Assembly: GCA_010093995.1 (NCBI GenBank)
Contig: ML992503.1
Coordinates: 1,689,356 to 1,753,355 of the forward strand
Source of the DNA: Elsinoe ampelina
Taxonomy: Eukaryota
Direction: 5' to 3'
DNA: 64,000 bases
Positions within the stretch are counted from its first letter, which is position 1; each line of letters begins with the position of its first letter. Positions 57,934-64,000 of this stretch are shown here, piece by piece. The position numbers and the translations under genes are program-made. Under the pieces are notes generated by a model that saw only the letters and a list, made by a program, of their open reading frames with translations, did no database searches and was not told where the DNA came from.

Positions 57934-60900
57934 ATGGCTCCTTCTCCCTCACCCACCAGGAGCACTGACTCCCAGATTTCGATGCTTCCGCAGCCTGCTC
58001 ACGCCTTGACTCGTGATCAGGTAGTCGAGAGTCTCCAAACAAGCCCCGAGGACGGTCTGAGCACAACCGATGCTGAGCAGCGTCTTCAAAAGTATGGCAG
58101 GAACCAGTTCGACGAAGGGCCAGGGGTCCAACCCGTCAAGATTCTCATTAGGCAAGTCGCCAACGCCATGATGTTAGTTCTTGTCATGGCCATGATCGTT
58201 TCATTCGCAATCCGCAGCTGGATTGAGGGTGGGGTAGTTGCCTTTGTCATCTTCCTGAACATCACTGTTGGTTTCTATCAGGAGTTCAACGCCGAGAAGA
58301 CCATGGCTTCCCTTCAATCGCTTAGTTCCCCTACTGCGAACGTTGTCAGAGACGGCAACACCGCAGTACTACCAGCAGGAGAAATCGTGCCTGGGGATCT
58401 CATCGAGCTCAAGCTAGGCGACACTGTACCCGCTGACATTCGTCTTCTGGAATCAATCAACCTGGAGACCGACGAAGCATTGCTCACCGGAGAGTCTCTT
58501 CCCGTTGCAAAAGACGAGGAGGTCACCTTCGATGCCGACACAGGACCTGGAGACAGGATCAACGTGGCCTTCGCTTCCTCGACCATTACAAAGGGAAGAG
58601 GTCGTGGTGTGGTCATCGGTACTGGTATGAAGACCGAGATTGGAATGATTGCTGCAGCCCTTCGAAAGAAAGACTCGAAGCGTCGACCAGTCAAGCGCCG
58701 TAAAGACGGCACTGCCCATCCTCTTCGCTACCCTCAGTCTTGGGCCATGACTGGCGCAGATGCCGTCGGACGTTTCCTAGGAGTTAATGTTGGAACACCT
58801 CTCCAGAAAAAGCTCTCCCGACTTGCGTTACTGCTTTTCGGCATCGCCGTCATCTGTGCTATCATCGTCCTCGCTGCCAACAACTTCTCTAACAATACCG
58901 AAGTCATCATCTACGCTGTGGCTACTGGTCTTTCTATGCTTCCCGCCTCGCTCATCGTGGTCCTCACTATCACAATGGCTGTCGGCACCAAGCGCATGGT
59001 CGAGCGTCACGTCATTGTTCGCAAGATGAACGCACTTGAAGCTCTCGGGGGTGTCACCGACATTTGCTCCGACAAGACCGGTACACTAACGCAGGGTCGC
59101 ATGGTGGCAAAGGCTTGCTGGATTCCTGCATCGGGTACATACCGTATTGGAGCATCGAACGAGCCATTTAATCCTACCATGGGCGACTTGTACTATGCGA
59201 AAGGCTCACCCACCGAGTACGGCGATAGTGATGCAGATGGTGCCGACTACGCCAAGGCCGTTCAGGACAGTCAGCCTCTGCAGGACTTCCTCTACGTGGC
59301 CTCGCTGGCGAATCTGGCTACGGTTCACAAGGACAAGGAGAACGTCTGGCATGCCCGAGGTGATCCAACTGAAATTGCCCTTCAGGTCTTTGCGTCACGC
59401 TTCGATTACAATCGCTCTCGCTTCCAGTCCGGCGACAACCCAAAGTATAAGCAGGTCAGCGAGTATCCTTTCGACTCCAGTGTGAAGAAGATGTCCGTCA
59501 TCTTCGAGCAGACCGAGACCGGGGAGCAGATGATTTACACCAAGGGTGCAGTCGAGCGGGTCATTGAATCCTGCACACACATCAATTGGGGCATTGACAA
59601 CCCTGAGATCGTAGCCTTCGAGGACCACCACGAGAAGCTCATCCTCGAGTCCATGGAAGCTCTCGCCTCTCAGGGTCTCCGTGTCCTCGCTCTCGCCTCT
59701 CAAGTCCACGACCCATCCAAAGGCCGCCGAGCGTCCCGCGACGCCCCTCCACCCCGCGAGCACATCGAAAAGGACCTCGTGTTCCGCGGCCTCATCGGTC
59801 TATACGACCCGCCCCGTCCCGAATCCGCCGAAGCCGTCAAGAACTGCCACCGCGCCGGCATCAAAGTCCGCATGCTCACCGGCGACCACCCCGGCACAGC
59901 CAAAGCCATTGCGCACCAAGTCGGTATCCTCCCAGACATGTCTCTCGTGTCCGCCCCCGTCGCCAAATCCATGATCATGACAGCCAAAGAATTCGACGCC
60001 CTCTCCGACGCCGAACTCGACGCCCTCCCGATCCTCCCCCTCGTCATCGCGCGCTGCGCCCCCAACACCAAAGTCCGCATGATCGAGGCGCTCCGCCGCC
60101 GCAAAGCCTTCATGGGCATGACAGGCGACGGCGTCAACGACTCCCCATCGCTCAAGATTGCCGACGTGGGCATCGCCATGGGGCAAGCGGGGAGCGACGT
60201 TGCCAAAGACGCGTCGGACATTGTGCTCACGGATGACAACTTCGCCAGCATCCTCAACGCCATCGAAGAGGGTCGACGCATGTTCGACAACATCCAGAAA
60301 TTCATCCTGCACCTCCTCGCGCAGAACATCGCCCAGGCATGCACCCTGCTCATCGGGCTGGCGTTCAAGGACGCGTCGGGCCTGTCCGTCTTCCCCCTCG
60401 CCCCCGTCGAGATCATGTGGATCATCATGATCACCTCGGGCCTGCCGGACATGGGTCTCGGCATGGAGGTCGCCGCGCCTGATATCCTGGGGCGGCCCCC
60501 GCAGGACCTCAAGCGGGGCGTCTTCACCCTCGAGGTCATGTTCGACATGCTCGCCATGGGCCTGTGGATGTCGGCGCTGTGCCTCGCTTCGTTCCTGCTG
60601 GTCATGTTCGCGTGGGGCGACGGCCAGTTCGGGGATCAGTGCAATGCGTCGTATAGCTTGCAGTGCGACACTGTGTTCCGCGCGCGGGCGACGACGTTTG
60701 TGAGTCTGACGTGGTTTTCGCTGTTTTTGGCGTGGGAAGTGGTGGATATGAGGAGGAGTTTCTTTCGTATGCAGCCGGATTCGAAGAATCCGTTTCAGTG
60801 GGCGATTGATGTTTGGAGGAACAAGTTTTTGTTTTGGTCGATCATGGCGGGTTTCGTCACGATCTTTCCGGTGCTGTATATCCCGGTTATCAACAGGGAT

Positions 60901-61137
60901 GTGTTCAAGCATGAGGGGATCACGTGGGAGTGGGGGATTGTGTTTGTCGAGGCTATTCTATTCTTCGCTGGGGTTGAGTTTTGGAAGTGGTTGAAGAGAG
61001 CGTTCTTCCGTCGCCGAGCGGCGAAGAGAGGGGAGACACCGGATGACTTGGAGAAGAAGGCTTTTGGGGATTACATTGAGGATCAGCCCGCGCTGGCAGA
61101 GGCAGAGACTCAGGAGAAGAGCGATCTTGAAAAGTAG
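57934..61137 (+). CDS. ENA1: P-type IID Na+/K+-efflux ATPase
   Basis: TDEALLTGES, DICSDKTGTLTQG, MLTGDHPGTA and MTGDGVNDSPSLK motifs; the FLGVNVGTPLQKKL segment is typical of ENA ATPases. Confidence 0.93.
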   Translation: MAPSPSPTRSTDSQISMLPQPAHALTRDQVVESLQTSPEDGLSTTDAEQRLQKYGRNQFDEGPGVQPVKILIRQVANAMMLVLVMAMIVSFAIRSWIEGGVVAFVIFLNITVGFYQEFNAEKTMASLQSLSSPTANVVRDGNTAVLPAGEIVPGDLIELKLGDTVPADIRLLESINLETDEALLTGESLPVAKDEEVTFDADTGPGDRINVAFASSTITKGRGRGVVIGTGMKTEIGMIAAALRKKDSKRRPVKRRKDGTAHPLRYPQSWAMTGADAVGRFLGVNVGTPLQKKLSRLALLLFGIAVICAIIVLAANNFSNNTEVIIYAVATGLSMLPASLIVVLTITMAVGTKRMVERHVIVRKMNALEALGGVTDICSDKTGTLTQGRMVAKACWIPASGTYRIGASNEPFNPTMGDLYYAKGSPTEYGDSDADGADYAKAVQDSQPLQDFLYVASLANLATVHKDKENVWHARGDPTEIALQVFASRFDYNRSRFQSGDNPKYKQVSEYPFDSSVKKMSVIFEQTETGEQMIYTKGAVERVIESCTHINWGIDNPEIVAFEDHHEKLILESMEALASQGLRVLALASQVHDPSKGRRASRDAPPPREHIEKDLVFRGLIGLYDPPRPESAEAVKNCHRAGIKVRMLTGDHPGTAKAIAHQVGILPDMSLVSAPVAKSMIMTAKEFDALSDAELDALPILPLVIARCAPNTKVRMIEALRRRKAFMGMTGDGVNDSPSLKIADVGIAMGQAGSDVAKDASDIVLTDDNFASILNAIEEGRRMFDNIQKFILHLLAQNIAQACTLLIGLAFKDASGLSVFPLAPVEIMWIIMITSGLPDMGLGMEVAAPDILGRPPQDLKRGVFTLEVMFDMLAMGLWMSALCLASFLLVMFAWGDGQFGDQCNASYSLQCDTVFRARATTFVSLTWFSLFLAWEVVDMRRSFFRMQPDSKNPFQWAIDVWRNKFLFWSIMAGFVTIFPVLYIPVINRDVFKHEGITWEWGIVFVEAILFFAGVEFWKWLKRAFFRRRAAKRGETPDDLEKKAFGDYIEDQPALAEAETQEKSDLEK

Positions 61138-61207
61138 GAATTTTGTAATGATGTCTAGTTGATACTATTATGATAAGGATTGAAGAGTATACACACGGCT
61201 TGTCCCT

Positions 61208-61948
61208 CTAGACGTCAATGTAGAGAGTGCCGTTCCTGCACATACGAGGAGCGACGATTACAGTGCCCACTTCGATAGCACTTGGATTGACAGTAGGGTT
61301 GAGCGCGATGATCTGGCCGTATGTCGTCTGGAAGGTCGTCGCGAGATCAAAAAAGATGTCGCCGCTCTTGATGGTATATGGTGAAATGGTGCAGATACTC
61401 TGGGGGCAGACGGGGACGTTGAGGAAGCCGGCCGTGACAGGATTGTTGACATTGGCAGCCTGGAAAGCTTCCGCGGTAATATTGAGAGAAGAGGCAATGT
61501 CGTCGGATGCTTCGCCACCCTTTGCAAAGTAAAAGTTGGGACCTCCGAGAACACAGGTCGATTTCGCTGCTGGCGGAGGTGTTGGAAGGCAGGTCGTATT
61601 GTCAGGGTTGCACACCTGAGCTGGAATAATGAGTGTCTGGCCGAGGATGATGAGATTAGGATTGGTGATATTGTTGGCCTTCGCAATGTCGCAGATGCCA
61701 CGGTTGAAGGCGATAGAGATGCTGGTGAGTGTGTCACCCTGCTTGACAGTGGTCTCCTGAACTCGTGTGTCAAGAGCGGTCTCGTTGCAGGCTACGAGAG
61801 TGTTAGATTGCGAGCAGCGTGTTGGCGGTAAGGGGCAAGGGGCACCTTCTTGACGCGTTTGGAGCTCGCCATAGACTGTTGGAACCTTCAAAGCCGAGAC
61901 TGAGCTGATGAGAGCCACAGCGGTGGCGGCAAGGGTAGTGAAATGCAT
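61208..61948 (-). CDS. Secreted LysM protein, Ecp6/Slp1-like (3 LysM)
   Basis: Signal peptide MHFTTLAATAVALISSVSA; LysM1 VKQGDTLTSIS...ICDIAKANNITNPNLI; LysM3 YTIKSGDIFFDLA; Cys-rich. Confidence 0.87.
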   Translation of the reverse strand: MHFTTLAATAVALISSVSALKVPTVYGELQTRQEGAPCPLPPTRCSQSNTLVACNETALDTRVQETTVKQGDTLTSISIAFNRGICDIAKANNITNPNLIILGQTLIIPAQVCNPDNTTCLPTPPPAAKSTCVLGGPNFYFAKGGEASDDIASSLNITAEAFQAANVNNPVTAGFLNVPVCPQSICTISPYTIKSGDIFFDLATTFQTTYGQIIALNPTVNPSAIEVGTVIVAPRMCRNGTLYIDV

Positions 61949-62702
61949 TCTGAACAACGGATTATTGTAGTAGTAAATGAGCCTGAAGTCGAAATAGAAG
62001 TAGGAGATATGTACTCGTCGACGGAAATCAAAGTGATAATTGGATGATGAAAAGTGTACATGCGAAGGTGCTCGCCTCTTTCTATACAACGCACATGAGA
62101 AACCCTACCTGTTGCGTGGACCTCCTCATTTCACTGGGGTTTTGCACGGTCACGGAGACACATTCGTCGTGAAAAATCGATCCGGCGGTAAGTTTAGTAT
62201 AATGCCATTGATCTGAGCGCGTTGCAGCAGATTTCTTGAAGCCCTAGACCCGCAGACGAGGGTAGAGGAGTCGCACCGTCATCGCCAACACTCATCTGTT
62301 TCATCTGCGTCGCCCCCGGGCATTCAAGCTTCATCATTCATGTGTGAATCATAGAGAAGCGTCTGATCGCTTCCTTGCATCGTGTGAGAGTAAGAGGTCT
62401 GGGGGACTGCTGTGGGTAGGTGTGGAAGGAAAGACGAGACAGAGTGGCCAACTGTGGTTGGAGTTTCCGCAGCCACAAAGGTTCGGCGTAACCCTACCCC
62501 CTCAATGTCTTTGCTTTTTCGAGTGCATGGCATATTATTAAATCACGTTTGAGCATGTATGACACGTCTATTGATGGATTGCCTTGGCCGTCCCAAAGTT
62601 GGCGGTATGATAAAAATGCATGGATTCCTAGCAGACCTCAACTCCACGCTTGTTACCCACAGGAATCACAAGTATGGTTATGCTTGCCCTACTATAATTT
62701 CA

Positions 62703-64000
62703 TCATAACCGTACGCGGCCATCCGAGGACGACTCCCCTCCGAACATACGACTGAAGAAATTCTCCCCGTTTCCCGAGCTCTCCGAGTCCATCCACTTGG
62801 GTTTGCTGAAGGCATCTCCAATCTCCTGCAGCCACTGAGGTCTCTCACTCGTGTCGAAAGTATTCTTCACACGCTCACCAAAGTCCTGAAAGAAATACCT
62901 GGGACTGTCGTCCTCCTCTTCCGGCGGTTGCCGCGCAGCGGGCCCGGAATTTGAGCTTCTAGAAGCGCCGCCAATAGGCAGCAATAGAGGGGCCCGACCC
63001 TCATTGTTATTTCCGCTCTCGTCGAGCGATGACCTGTCCCTGAACGATCCATCGCGAGGTGCGACTCCAAGGTTTGATGAGCGATCCTGTATTTCTCGCT
63101 CGATCAGGGCTCTCCCTTCCCGCCATCCGCTACCAGCGCCAGGTGTGTTCTCCTCACTCTCGTCATCCAGAACACCAAAACCGAATATGTTCTTGACCTT
63201 GCCATGCAGGTTGAATAGCGTTGCGACAACAGGAATCAGCACAAAGGCTGGGAAGTACTGCGAGAAGCCCTCGCCAAGTGGAGTGAGCTTGATGAGCACT
63301 CCCAGAAACTTGAAGAATGCGGTCTCCTTGAATATCGTAGGCTGCAGCATTGTGATGAAGTTATAGCTCAGTGGTACAGTGAGCTTGGCAACTTGCAGAC
63401 TGTACCAGCATGCACTCTCGCCATACGTCTGCCTCTTCACCAATGCACGATTGCCCCACACCTTCACTTCTGACATGGAATACAGCGCAGCGAAGCACAT
63501 GTAGAACAACCACGCTGCAGCGATGACCTGGCCGCCAAGTCCGACCTGGCCTCGTGAGCTGTCTGGATGATGTACGACTGTCAGTCCTACTATCGAGAGT
63601 TTCGAGCTGACAGTATGGATGACCTCCGACCAAATTAATGCGACAGAAGCCAGACCAAGTATGCCCGCCGAGCCGAGACGTATAGCGGGCAGGCCATGCG
63701 CATACAAAAGGTACCGGGTGTATGGCGTCAGCAGAGTCAACTTCGGTTTCGAAGAGCCTCGTGTGAAGAATAACCTTTTCGACCCAGCAGCGTCGATGAT
63801 GGCTTGCAGGTCAACAGATTTGTCGACCAGCCTTTGCCATTCATCTGCGAAGCGAGCATGTTTATGCCGGGCTCGCTTGAGCTTTCGTGACAGCTCTGCC
63901 ATGTATCTCTCTGTGATGACAGCAGGTATTCCAGCAGTCCCACTGCGCATGTATGCTGGCGGCCGAGCTCCTGCAGTAGTCTCCACAACCTCATCGATCC
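62703..64000 (-). CDS. LMBR1-domain membrane protein (3' part; start lies outside the window)
   Basis: SEVKVWGNRALV, ESACWYSLQVAKLTVPLSYNFIT, LTPLGEGF and GWREGRALIERE motifs. Confidence 0.82.
   Translation of the reverse strand, partial: IDEVVETTAGARPPAYMRSGTAGIPAVITERYMAELSRKLKRARHKHARFADEWQRLVDKSVDLQAIIDAAGSKRLFFTRGSSKPKLTLLTPYTRYLLYAHGLPAIRLGSAGILGLASVALIWSEVIHTVSSKLSIVGLTVVHHPDSSRGQVGLGGQVIAAAWLFYMCFAALYSMSEVKVWGNRALVKRQTYGESACWYSLQVAKLTVPLSYNFITMLQPTIFKETAFFKFLGVLIKLTPLGEGFSQYFPAFVLIPVVATLFNLHGKVKNIFGFGVLDDESEENTPGAGSGWREGRALIEREIQDRSSNLGVAPRDGSFRDRSSLDESGNNNEGRAPLLLPIGGASRSSNSGPAARQPPEEEDDSPRYFFQDFGERVKNTFDTSERPQWLQEIGDAFSKPKWMDSESSGNGENFFSRMFGGESSSDGRVRL

Noticed and set aside
59700..60912. 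Long antisense ORFs (301 and 370 aa) within ENA; similar ones at 39804-40748, 47599-48447 and 35619-36596
   Set aside because: Shadow frames caused by C/G-ending codon bias in skewed regions; no recognisable domains.
1..64000. CRISPR arrays, rRNA or tRNA genes, telomeric repeats
   Set aside because: None recognised by eye. A tRNAscan-SE/Infernal run would be needed to exclude small RNA genes.

Overview
Filamentous-ascomycete (Pezizomycotina) genomic DNA, inferred from short GT-AG introns, Zn2Cys6 factors and RIP. A black-yeast/Chaetothyriales origin is only a guess. Positions 1-12316 are an AT-rich, RIP-degraded, three-level nest of Ty1/copia retrotransposons: family-A element > family-B element > inverted family-B element, with matching 5-bp TSDs at both inner insertions. 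A second, complete family-A element lies at 25165-30387 (TSD AATAT). The rest is gene-dense. Conserved genes are mitochondrial GluRS, glyoxalase II, Bre2/Ash2, bystin, Sea4, an ING-type PHD protein, an Aim18-like protein, an ENA ATPase and an LMBR1 protein. Accessory blocks are (i) sugar porter + dead DAS-like transketolase fused by deletion to a dead SDR + epimerase-like gene + EthD + P450, (ii) sugar porter/GH78 rhamnosidase/Zn2Cys6, (iii) monocarboxylate transporter/Zn2Cys6, and (iv) an Ecp6-like LysM protein. The least-explained signal is a recurring, strand-symmetric C-rich to G-rich switch near the 3' ends of about ten genes. All product calls come from motif recognition by eye; no database searches were run.
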